DNA of 64,000 nucleotides from Candidatus Babeliales bacterium (lineage in GTDB: Bacteria; Babelota; Babeliae; Babelales; Vermiphilaceae): the NCBI GenBank assembly GCA_035455925.1, contig DATIEE010000006.1, positions 45,224 to 109,223 of the forward strand, given 5' to 3'. Numbering within the stretch: position 1 is the stretch's first letter; every line of letters begins with the position of its first letter. A model generated the notes under the pieces. That model saw only the letters and a program-made list of their open reading frames with translations. It searched no databases and was not told the origin of the DNA. The position numbers and the translations under genes are program-made. This document shows positions 1 through 8,288 of this stretch, one piece after another.

Positions 1-202
1 CTACGATCGTTATAGACACGATGGTCGGTATGGTCGTCGTTCTAGATGGAATTACTAAAAAAAACTACAGGCAGATGAATATGTAAGGGCATACCTAATT
101 GGTACGCCCTTTTTTTTACATCATCCCCATTGCTCAATATTTCAATATTAGCTATGCTCAGTAATAATCACGTCTATATTTGAACAAAAAGGAGATCTAT
201 CT

Positions 203-1312
203 GTGCATCCTCTTATGCAAAATAATGAATTAAAAAAAGAAAAAAGTGATCACATATTTTCAGGCAATATTCTTATCTTATGGGCATATGACGTTGGCGA
301 AGATATTAATCTTCAAAAAATTGAAGAATCCGATACTATTATTAAACTACCATTGCAATTACCCAAACATTTTAAACAATATAATGTCCCTGTTGCTATT
401 GAACTTCCTCATTCAGATAATCATTCGCTATGTATTGGCAATAAAATACATAGCTTTGGAGCAGTTTCAATAACCTATAAAATACCATTCACCGATACAT
501 TAGAAAATCTACGCGTTAACTGTAATGAACTTGCCAATAAATATCAACAGCAAAGCATTCAAGATGCACAATCTATCTATCAAAAAATAGAACCTTTTAT
601 CATTCAACCAAAATTTTTTCAAACAAGTGCCTCCTATGTTATTATCCAAGTTGACCCTCAGCCAATGTCACTTGATTTGCCTCAATTACAAAAAGAATAT
701 GGTAGCACCATTGCGTCCACACTCAGATTTGAAACAGAAATATTATCGGAAGTACAAAAAAATGAAATTTTAGATTCTGCTATTGGCTATTTTCGTGGTA
801 GTTTAATTGTCATTGATATTGATGCAGCTTTTGTTTATGAAGAGGATTATGACGACATTATAGATCTTTTTGAATTTGCTAATATCCAACAGCTTGAATT
901 ACGTTTTTTTGATCGACTTCTTGACCACCAGATAAATACTATTTATGAACGAAAAGAAACAACATTGTCCTGGGGCGCATATTTACCCTTTTTTGGCACA
1001 TTTTTTAGCGATCCTGTTGGCCAACTACGCAAATTAAAAGCTGATATTTCAGTAATTACCGAACGCTTAGAGAGCAGTATAAAAATTGCAGGTGAACCAT
1101 ATTATTCAGAAATTCATAATCTTCTTGCGGATAAACTTGATCTAAAAAATTGGCATGACGGTATTGATAGAAAGTTACGCATTGTCGAAGATGTGCAAAC
1201 AGTATTTCAACAAAAAATTGATGCTAATCGAGAAGATCTTTTTTCTGTACTTATTATAATTTTAATTTTTATTGAGCTTATGTTTGGTATTTTAAGTTAT
1301 TTAAAAGGATAA
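203..1312 (+). CDS. DUF155/RMD1(YagE)-like protein with single C-terminal transmembrane helix
   Basis: 369-aa ORF whose hydrophobic C-terminus (LFSVLIIILIFIELMFGILSYL) matches the characteristic C-terminal TM of DUF155 proteins; N-terminal ILILWAYDVGEDINL resembles the family N-terminal block. Judged from memory of the family only. Confidence 0.4.
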   Translation: MHPLMQNNELKKEKSDHIFSGNILILWAYDVGEDINLQKIEESDTIIKLPLQLPKHFKQYNVPVAIELPHSDNHSLCIGNKIHSFGAVSITYKIPFTDTLENLRVNCNELANKYQQQSIQDAQSIYQKIEPFIIQPKFFQTSASYVIIQVDPQPMSLDLPQLQKEYGSTIASTLRFETEILSEVQKNEILDSAIGYFRGSLIVIDIDAAFVYEEDYDDIIDLFEFANIQQLELRFFDRLLDHQINTIYERKETTLSWGAYLPFFGTFFSDPVGQLRKLKADISVITERLESSIKIAGEPYYSEIHNLLADKLDLKNWHDGIDRKLRIVEDVQTVFQQKIDANREDLFSVLIIILIFIELMFGILSYLKG

Positions 1313-1369
1313 ATTCTTTACCAGATGCTTAACATTGCTAAACTGACTAAAAAAAAATTTGAATAAATA

Positions 1370-1446
1370 TGGCGCGTCCAACAGGACTTGAACCTGTGAC
1401 CTACAGATTAGGAATCTGTCGCTCTATCCAACTGAGCTACGGACGC
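1370..1446 (-). tRNA. tRNA-Arg (anticodon CCT)
   Basis: Reverse complement folds as a cloverleaf: gcgtccg acceptor, gtagctcagttggatagagc D-arm, anticodon stem acaga/tctgt with loop ttCCTaa, ggttcaagtcc T-arm, encoded CCA. Confidence 0.85.
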
Positions 1447-1775
1447 AATAGACTATAATTTCTAAGAAAAATGGTACATTAAATATTAGACATTTTCAGG
1501 AACTATAAAATATAGTTTACCGTTAGTTTACATCCCATGCAAACACTTTTTTACAAAATAAAAATATTTATTAATTTACTGCAAGAAAAAATACCATCGC
1601 GATGCTTAAAAAAAAATAAAACCCGAACAATACTTCTTATGCCTGCTTTGCTGTGCTAATGGGTTTTTCTGCATAGTTTATATATTTATATCGCTTTTAT
1701 GGGATTTTTTGACATTTTGAAATAAAAATATAAAATTATAAGTATGCTGCACAAAGCAATACTAACTATAATTAT

Positions 1776-2483
1776 ATGAGGATGATTATGAATAAAAAAA
1801 ATATGATATTAGCAATCAATGTGATGGTATGTTGCACAACATCAATGCTCCCAATGAGTGATAGTGAAAAGCGTGCAATTCGCAAAGAATTATATTCGAA
1901 CTATGAACACAACCGCATCAATACAGCTACGTTAGCAGAAAATGATCTAACATTATCAGAAGTTATTGATCGTGATATTCAATTATTATTTGATCATAAA
2001 AACGTACTACAAGCTAAAATTGATCTTTGTAAAAGTACTTCTGTCCGCAGCACTGTGCCTTTTCTGAATAAATTAGCAGCGGGATTTTTTGGAAGCATTA
2101 CTCTGCTAACAGGGACTATTCATGCTATTGCTGCAGATAAAGTAAGACAAGCTACCCAAAATGGTAATTTATTTAAAAAAACTGGGAATTTGTACACTGA
2201 TTATGTTGCGTATTATCAGATGACAACCAGTGACTATGAAAAAGTAGTAGCGCAAAATTTAGCATGGAAGTTAAACCAAAATCCTGAAGTAATCAAGGCT
2301 GTTGAATGGTTATTACCATCCTTCTTTCTTGCTCTTGCTTCCGGCGGCGTATGCTTAACGATACTTTATCACATTTGTAGGTACCATGGCAAATTGAATG
2401 CATGTACTAAAAAGCTTCAAAAACGTTTTGAACGTGATCAAGCGATTATTGTACAATTAAAAGAAATTAAGCAAACAGTTTAA
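1776..2483 (+). CDS. hypothetical membrane/secreted protein
   Basis: 235-aa ORF with N-terminal hydrophobic segment and two further hydrophobic stretches; no recognisable motifs. Confidence 0.4.
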   Translation: MRMIMNKKNMILAINVMVCCTTSMLPMSDSEKRAIRKELYSNYEHNRINTATLAENDLTLSEVIDRDIQLLFDHKNVLQAKIDLCKSTSVRSTVPFLNKLAAGFFGSITLLTGTIHAIAADKVRQATQNGNLFKKTGNLYTDYVAYYQMTTSDYEKVVAQNLAWKLNQNPEVIKAVEWLLPSFFLALASGGVCLTILYHICRYHGKLNACTKKLQKRFERDQAIIVQLKEIKQTV

Positions 2484-2594
2484 AATCGCAGAAAGCAACT
2501 ATAAAAAAATTTATACATCACTGAAAAATACATATCAATTCTATCAACTATTGTCTACGATTTGTTAAAAAGTTTGAAGTTGAATAAAAATAGT

Positions 2595-2790
2595 GGCAAC
2601 TTATTCAAGTTGCCACTATCAAATCTACGCCTAAGGGACAAAAATCTGTTATTTAACGCGAAAAAAACCGTTCGATTTGATGCTGGGATTTTTCTGATCA
2701 TCAAGTATGGCGCGCCTGGCAGGATTCGAACCTGCGACCTACTGATTCGAAGTCAGGCGTTTTATCCGACTGAGCTACAGGCACAATTCA
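2595..2790. repeat. attL-like direct repeat (copy 1): remnant of recombinase 3' end plus degenerate tRNA-Arg copy
   Basis: ~196 bp aligning at roughly 85 percent identity to 7151..7346. It includes a 53-bp block identical in both copies (tggcgcgcctggcaggattcgaacctgcgacctactgattcgaagtcaggcg) corresponding to the 3' half of the tRNA. Confidence 0.6.
2711..2786 (-). pseudogene. degenerate tRNA-Arg(TCG) copy (D-arm mutated)
   Basis: Same sequence as the tRNA at 7263..7338, except the D-stem 3' strand reads aaac (+strand gttttat) instead of gagc (gctctat), so it cannot pair with gctc. Also one acceptor-stem G-C to G-U change. Likely non-functional. Confidence 0.5.
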
Positions 2791-2835
2791 ATAAGAACAG
2801 TACGGCCTTGTATTTGCAGCCATTTATCCCGTATG

Positions 2836-3165
2836 TCACAATGCAATGTGCGTTGTAATTTGAAAATTGTGATCCATAAGATCAATTCTTTTACCAACAA
2901 CTCTTTCAAGACGACTAAAGGCATTACAAACTGCTTGCTGAACTTCGCTCGTTCGTATTTGATTTTGAGTAAAATCTATTTTTGTTTGTAAAAATGTAAC
3001 CATAGTTATTTGCATAATTTGTTCAAATTTATCTGTATAATCAATTGCTTTTTCATAAATAGGAAGAATAGTATTTTCATAATACTTTGCTAATGCTTCA
3101 TCCCAAAAATTTACTCCGCTAAAGCGTCGAAGACCAAGGCCTTTCATAGCATAGTATCCAAACAA
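2836..3165 (-). CDS. hypothetical protein (TTG start; cargo of integrative element)
   Basis: 109-aa ORF starting at TTG (verified by reverse-complementing 3163..3165). Bounded upstream by an in-frame TGA. No recognisable motifs. Confidence 0.3.
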   Translation of the reverse strand: MFGYYAMKGLGLRRFSGVNFWDEALAKYYENTILPIYEKAIDYTDKFEQIMQITMVTFLQTKIDFTQNQIRTSEVQQAVCNAFSRLERVVGKRIDLMDHNFQITTHIAL

Positions 3166-3369
3166 AACGGTACCAAAAAAAGAACTCTTAAACGGGATAT
3201 ATAAACCTCATCTTACTTTGGCATACTACAGGAGTGTGCAAAAGGTCATTGAACTCTTGAGGCTAAAATAATATTAAAAATACGACATAATGCTAAAAAT
3301 TATTTAAACTGTCTCTATTTATCTTCCTTCGCATAAAATTCGAAGAACAAAAAAAAAGAGAGAGAGACA

Positions 3370-4848
3370 ATGCATACACCCTACAATCGCTTTCACATTA
3401 TCACACTATTTTTTTCTGCTTTACTCTGCATTCCTATTACTGCAGAATATTCTATGGTAAAAATGACAGTCAATTCAGGAAATCAAACACATAGTGTAGA
3501 CTTTACAAGAAATAGATCTCAGCATGACTTTTCTCATAATAACAAATGGGACAATCCTAATGTTAATAAAAGCTCCTCGCACAGAAATCACTTTGATCGC
3601 TATACACCTCAGGATTTTCAGCAACATTTTATTGCTCAGCAATATGCAGAAAGCCAAATATTAAATCAGCATTGTTTATATATGTTTGATAATTTTGTAA
3701 AATTTGCACAAACATATTCCAGCTACCAATGCGCTATACAACAGCTCTATACTGAATTAAACAACCTTAACATTATACAAAAAGCTCATTGCATAATTAA
3801 AGGCACTTATTGTCCTGGATTACAAAAACGCATCCACTTTTTATATGATCAATTAAACACACTTAAACATAAAGCTCCCGCTTATACAGCCTCAGCATAC
3901 AAAGAACATTCGCTTGAAACATTCCCTGCGCAACAGTCTGAGTATAAGGCTTTACAGTCGACGTATAATACACATACACCATCTCTATCTACTGCTATTG
4001 GAAAACGGGTAGATGCATATAAAGATATGACCAAAGGTGATTACGCTCTGCAATACACAAGCAAATCATATAACCTCAACAATAATGTTCAACAACTATT
4101 ATCGCACCACGAACATGATGCAACACGCTTTACCCAATGCTATGGCCATCAGTTACACCATGTTATTCATCAGGAATCTTTGGACATTCTTAATCGCATT
4201 GATACCTTACCACACAATTCAATGCTGCACGATCACCAAGAAGCGTTAATCGATTTTACGGTAGCAATGGTAGATTATAATCATGAAAACCTTACTGATA
4301 AAGCTATGCACATTGGTGATCTGTGTTGGACCCTTCTTGATTATGGCCAAGCAGTTGCTGAAGGAGCTGCACTTGGCGTATATTCTGCCGCAACTGATAT
4401 TCTGAATAATCCTATCCAGGTAACAATAAGCATAGTTGCGGGCAAACAGGTTTTTACCTATCAACTCTGTAAAGTTCTTTATAATGTTGCCGACATTGGT
4501 GTAACCGCCATAAACAATCTTAATAATGCAAAAGAAAAATGGAACAAATATACTGAACCATTAAACGACATTATTGATGCTATCTATAAAAAAGAATTAA
4601 CAGTGCGCGATGCCATTAAAGGTGGCACTGCTTTTGTTGTCGGATATAAAGCACAAGGTAAATTACTTGGTGGATTAGGCAAATTTTGCAATACCATTCA
4701 ACAAAAAGCTGTACGTTTTGCGCAAAATAATGTTTCTTCTTTTACCATACAAGAATATTTAGCAACCCCTGAAGGATATTTGTTACAAAGCGTCGCTAAA
4801 ACATCTTGTACTGCATCTTGTCCTAATCAATATGATAATTTAAAATAA
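3370..4848 (+). CDS. hypothetical secreted protein, His/Gln/Asn/Tyr-rich (element cargo)
   Basis: 492-aa ORF with N-terminal signal-like hydrophobic segment (IITLFFSALLCIPITAEY), many H/Q/N/Y residues and no recognisable catalytic motifs. Confidence 0.5.
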   Translation: MHTPYNRFHIITLFFSALLCIPITAEYSMVKMTVNSGNQTHSVDFTRNRSQHDFSHNNKWDNPNVNKSSSHRNHFDRYTPQDFQQHFIAQQYAESQILNQHCLYMFDNFVKFAQTYSSYQCAIQQLYTELNNLNIIQKAHCIIKGTYCPGLQKRIHFLYDQLNTLKHKAPAYTASAYKEHSLETFPAQQSEYKALQSTYNTHTPSLSTAIGKRVDAYKDMTKGDYALQYTSKSYNLNNNVQQLLSHHEHDATRFTQCYGHQLHHVIHQESLDILNRIDTLPHNSMLHDHQEALIDFTVAMVDYNHENLTDKAMHIGDLCWTLLDYGQAVAEGAALGVYSAATDILNNPIQVTISIVAGKQVFTYQLCKVLYNVADIGVTAINNLNNAKEKWNKYTEPLNDIIDAIYKKELTVRDAIKGGTAFVVGYKAQGKLLGGLGKFCNTIQQKAVRFAQNNVSSFTIQEYLATPEGYLLQSVAKTSCTASCPNQYDNLK

Positions 4849-5116
4849 TGGCTTAAAATCAAAGAATTTACTTCCATTCTCAAAACAAGTCGACATGGCA
4901 TAGAAAGATTTATTGAACGAGATTTCACACCAAAAGAAGTAGAAGCTCTCATAAAAACTCCCTCTTTTGTAAAAATACAAAACGACGGTGCACTAGCATA
5001 TGTAAAACAAATAGGAGAAAAATTTAACGTCATTGTTTTAAATGAACACACAGAAGAAGTTGTAACATCTCTAAAAAACACCACTCAAAAAAAATTAACT
5101 CAAATGGGGAAAAATT

Positions 5117-5344
5117 ATGGTTGGAAATGAAATAAACAATAATTATCTTTGTTGTTTTTGTAATACGTTAATCATTCCTTCACACGGAAACCCTATGGAA
5201 ATAGATATTTTAATAAATTTTGACAAACCAAAAAGCAAACAAGATAATCAGACTTTTTATTGTCACATGGAATGCTTTAAAGAACAGTTAGACCCCAAAC
5301 TAAAAATACATTTTCACTTGGATAGCTTTATCAAAGAAGATTAA
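5117..5344 (+). CDS. small Cys/His-rich zinc-ribbon-like protein (paralog 1)
   Basis: 75 aa. Shares CCFCN...DKPK...Q.FYCH.ECFK..L...HF.LD with the adjacent ORF, which suggests a CxxC...CHxxC metal-binding fold. Confidence 0.45.
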   Translation: MVGNEINNNYLCCFCNTLIIPSHGNPMEIDILINFDKPKSKQDNQTFYCHMECFKEQLDPKLKIHFHLDSFIKED

Positions 5345-5390
5345 TATTTTTCAATATTTTTATAATCATCCAACAGTCAAAGTATAAAAA

Positions 5391-5657
5391 ATGAAAATAA
5401 AACAAATATTACAAATTATATGGTCAAAAATAAGTGTCAATCCAATGAATGAAAAACTAGGGTTTTCATGTTGTTTTTGTAACAAATCAATAATGTCACT
5501 TGATCAATATCCTGCTGATCTTAATCTTGTCGTTAACATTGATAAACCAAAAAAACAACAACATGATCAGTTTTTCTATTGTCATACAGAATGCTTCAAA
5601 AACAAATTACATAACAATGTAAAATCACACTTTATTTTAGATAAAATTAACGACTAA
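5391..5657 (+). CDS. small Cys/His-rich zinc-ribbon-like protein (paralog 2)
   Basis: 88 aa. Tandem paralog of 5117..5344 with the same conserved Cys/His pattern. Confidence 0.45.
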   Translation: MKIKQILQIIWSKISVNPMNEKLGFSCCFCNKSIMSLDQYPADLNLVVNIDKPKKQQHDQFFYCHTECFKNKLHNNVKSHFILDKIND

Positions 5658-5700
5658 GAATTGTGATTAAAAAATAAAATCTGCTTCATGAGACCCCAAA

Positions 5701-7326
5701 ATGATAGATACTATAGTTTTATCACTTACACCTGAATTATACCAAATCAGTGAACTTGATAAATTTAAATCATCTGCTATAACACCAAAACAAGCAATGA
5801 TGCTGTTGGGATTTAAAAGAGCCATGGAAGCAGCTCCATTGCGAGAGCTTAAATCCATAATAGGCAAACATAAACCACAATCTTGGTATCGCCTTATTAC
5901 TGAGGCAAATAAGATTACATTGCCTATGATGCATAGTCCACTTAAAGAAATACGTAAAAGTGCTTACAAAGATGATCGTTCAGAGTTTGATGCCATCTTT
6001 AACTTTATTATTGAACAGAAAGAAAAAATTGCCGTCTGTTGCGACAAAGTAAATCGGTTATCTCGTAATATATTTGATAAACGCGTTTCACACCTTTATG
6101 ACAAAGCATTATGTGACGAAATCGAATTACACTTCACTTCAGACGGGCAAATCATAAATAGCAAAATTTCTGCTGCAGAGAAGTTCCATTTTGGAATCAG
6201 CCTTGGACTTGCAAAGTATTATTCAGATGCCATTAGTGATAACGTCAAACGTGCAATGGAACAAAAATGGCAACGCGGTGAATGGACAAGCAGAGCGTCT
6301 CATGGATATAAAAATATCACCATAGAAGGCAAAGCCACCGTAATTGTTGAAGAGTATGACTCACGCATTGTACAGAAAGCTTTTGAACTCTATGCAACAG
6401 GAGCATTTTCTTTGGCTCTGTTATGCAAAAAAATTAATACCGAATACATACTTAATTGGACAACAAGCAAACTAGACTGGATACTCAATAATAAATTCTA
6501 TCATGGCATCATGGTGTTCAAGAGTAGAGAATATCCTCATAAATACCCATCTCTTATTAGTCCCACTCTTTTTGAACAGGTACAACAAGTGAAAAAAAAC
6601 TTCAACAAGAAACCAATAAAATATGCCGGCAAACCATACATATACCGTGGTCTTATCCGTTGCGCTGATTGCGGTCTTGCAATCACACCAGAAAAGCATA
6701 AAGGACACGTCTATTATCATTGCACACAATACAATGGCAAACATGGTGCCCAATGGTTACGAGAAGAAGAGATTACAAGACAATTGGAAGCAGTATTCCA
6801 GAATATGCGAATACCTGATGATATCGTTGATCAAATTGTTGAAACACTTAATGAAGTGCATCAAAGTAAAATTGAATTCCATAATCAGCATTTCGATAAG
6901 CTTACAAAAGAACACAAAGAAACCACCAAGATGCTCGATAATTTATACCTTGATAAACTAAAGATGAGAATTACTGAGAGCGACTATGACAGATTTTACA
7001 CATCACTACGGGATAAAGTTGCTGACTTGAGTATGCAATTAAGTAAATTACAAGAAGCTGAAGATAACTACTATATCACTGCAAAATACATACTAGATCT
7101 ATCAAAACGTGCTTATGATTTATTTAAAAGTTCTGAAGTTGAGGAAAAACGGCAACTTATCAAGCTGATACTATCGAACCTACGCTTAAGTGGCAAAAAC
7201 CTGCTATTTAACGCGGAAAAACCGTTCGATTTGATACTTGATTGTTCGGATCATCAAGTTTGGCGCGCCTGGCAGGATTCGAACCTGCGACCTACTGATT
7301 CGAAGTCAGGCGCTCTATCCGACTGA
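5701..7326 (+). CDS. large serine recombinase (resolvase/invertase-family integrase), N-terminus divergent
   Basis: NRLSRN block, recombinase-domain block (GYKNITIEG..IVQKAFELY) and zinc-ribbon block (YRGLIRCADCG...VYYHCTQY) align well with SpoIVCA/TnpX/phiC31-type large serine recombinases, followed by a coiled-coil-like C-terminus. The 3' end runs into the tRNA-Arg gene. Confidence 0.8.
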   Translation: MIDTIVLSLTPELYQISELDKFKSSAITPKQAMMLLGFKRAMEAAPLRELKSIIGKHKPQSWYRLITEANKITLPMMHSPLKEIRKSAYKDDRSEFDAIFNFIIEQKEKIAVCCDKVNRLSRNIFDKRVSHLYDKALCDEIELHFTSDGQIINSKISAAEKFHFGISLGLAKYYSDAISDNVKRAMEQKWQRGEWTSRASHGYKNITIEGKATVIVEEYDSRIVQKAFELYATGAFSLALLCKKINTEYILNWTTSKLDWILNNKFYHGIMVFKSREYPHKYPSLISPTLFEQVQQVKKNFNKKPIKYAGKPYIYRGLIRCADCGLAITPEKHKGHVYYHCTQYNGKHGAQWLREEEITRQLEAVFQNMRIPDDIVDQIVETLNEVHQSKIEFHNQHFDKLTKEHKETTKMLDNLYLDKLKMRITESDYDRFYTSLRDKVADLSMQLSKLQEAEDNYYITAKYILDLSKRAYDLFKSSEVEEKRQLIKLILSNLRLSGKNLLFNAEKPFDLILDCSDHQVWRAWQDSNLRPTDSKSGALSD

Positions 7327-7346
7327 GCTACAGGCGCAATTCAAAA
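7151..7346. repeat. attR-like direct repeat (copy 2): recombinase 3' end plus intact tRNA-Arg
   Basis: Direct repeat of 2595..2790 (see above). Confidence 0.6.
7263..7338 (-). tRNA. tRNA-Arg (anticodon TCG)
   Basis: Reverse complement gcgcctgtagctcagtcggatagagcgcctgacttcgaatcagtaggtcgcaggttcgaatcctgccaggcgcgcca has a proper cloverleaf with anticodon loop ctTCGaa and encoded CCA. Confidence 0.85.
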
Positions 7347-7591
7347 TGTAACTATCTATTAAGCTATTAAGAAAAATTCATTTATCATGCTTAAAAAGAT
7401 GAATAATAAATAAACTATTATTAGTTTACCAGTTTTAACTAATTAATATAGAGCCCATATCATATTTTTAATAAAGATATAGTATCATACTCCTATAAAT
7501 CGGGTACTTTGACATTTTTCATGTATCCGCTAAGCTTGAGAATAAAAATATACAAAATAACTATAACTTTTTATGTGAAAGAACAAATATT

Positions 7592-8194
7592 ATGAATATA
7601 AAACACACATTACTCATAACAACTATTATTTTTTGTGCGGCAAGTAATGTAGCCTTGGCGAATGAATCAAAAGAAGAATTGCCAAGTAATCCAAGTAATC
7701 CTATGTCTCAAAATAAATCTGGTCAAGTTTTTGATGAAGGACTTTATACCGAAATTAATGGTAATAGCCTATATCATTATCTGAACAATGATCGTTCCCA
7801 ATATAACCCCGATACTACATTTAAAAAAATAGAAGTTATCGAACACACAAAAAATGGAACTTTTCAAAAAGTAGGAACGCTTGGATCAATTGAAAAAAAT
7901 AGAATGCAACAGCAAGCAATTGATACAAGAACAACAAAAAAACAGCAAATTTCTAAAGAGCTCAGAACTAAATTTACCAAACATGCAAAAATGAATAATG
8001 CTATATTTTGTCCTAATGTCATTCAACGAAAAGATTATGATGGTAATCTAAAAAATGTAGGTGTTATAATTTATCGTACACAAAATACAGATCTTTGCGA
8101 TACTTACAAAAATTACCTGATAGAAATGGAAAAAGAAAAAACAGCTCAAGCAGCCGCAAGAGCTATAGGCATTGAAATTGCAAATAAACTATAA
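7592..8194 (+). CDS. hypothetical secreted protein
   Basis: 200-aa ORF with N-terminal signal-like segment (LLITTIIFCAASNVALA). Confidence 0.4.
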   Translation: MNIKHTLLITTIIFCAASNVALANESKEELPSNPSNPMSQNKSGQVFDEGLYTEINGNSLYHYLNNDRSQYNPDTTFKKIEVIEHTKNGTFQKVGTLGSIEKNRMQQQAIDTRTTKKQQISKELRTKFTKHAKMNNAIFCPNVIQRKDYDGNLKNVGVIIYRTQNTDLCDTYKNYLIEMEKEKTAQAAARAIGIEIANKL

Positions 8195-8229
8195 TCCATT
8201 AAGAAATCACTGACCACGTGTAAACATTC

Positions 8230-8265
8230 TAAAAAACCTCATGCATATAAACATGAGGTTTTTTA
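8230..8265. terminator. bidirectional rho-independent terminator
   Basis: aaaaa-AACCTCATG-catataaa-CATGAGGTT-tttt, a 9-bp perfect stem flanked by an A-run and a T-run, between convergent genes. Confidence 0.7.
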
Positions 8266-8288
8266 AATTAAAAAACTAAAATTAAACG

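Larger units (their letters stand above)
2595..7346. mobile_element. integrative element (genomic islet) at tRNA-Arg(TCG) encoding a large serine recombinase
   Basis: Flanking ~196-bp direct repeats that contain the tRNA 3' half. The recombinase gene abuts and overlaps the tRNA at the right end. Cargo ORFs of unknown function lie between the repeats. Confidence 0.55.

Noticed and set aside
246-473. Six-frame-track ORFs fully embedded in, or antisense to, longer conserved genes (e.g. 246..473, 3475..3657, 4037..4249, 4246..4464, 4827..5084, 5667..5867, 6472..6753, 6623..6961, 8718..8915, 10310..10492, 11524..11811, 13849..14307, 14755..15048, 15817..16032, 17530..17712, 18118..18324, 20863..21105, 23013..23237, 24012..24338, 27015..27224, 27368..27673, 29559..29825, 31877..32134, 33531..33732, 35833..36021, 36352..36642, 36719..36916, 41101..41295, 41803..42018, 42642..42890, 43669..43919, 44209..44511, 45473..45667, 45825..47166 set, 48722..48940, 49891..50139, 50207..50473, 51161..51367, 52957..53184, 53625..53837, 54563..54790, 55054..55236, 56459..57031 set, 57145..57345, 58896..59084, 61369..61600)
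   Set aside because: Each overlaps a longer ORF with clear homology or better coding character. They have low-complexity or Ile/Leu/Phe/Lys-rich translations typical of chance ORFs in AT-rich DNA.
1447-1775. Possible small RNA or terminator (aaaaccc ... gggtttt with a ~36-nt loop) in the 330-bp spacer after tRNA-Arg(CCT)
   Set aside because: The stem is short and the loop far too large for an intrinsic terminator. There is no other conserved structure I can recognise, so it is left uncalled.
2562-2858. 98-aa ORF spanning the left repeat and the degenerate tRNA
   Set aside because: Its translation matches the C-terminus of the serine recombinase and runs antisense through the tRNA copy. It is best explained as the remnant 3' end of a recombinase gene within the att repeat, not an independent gene.
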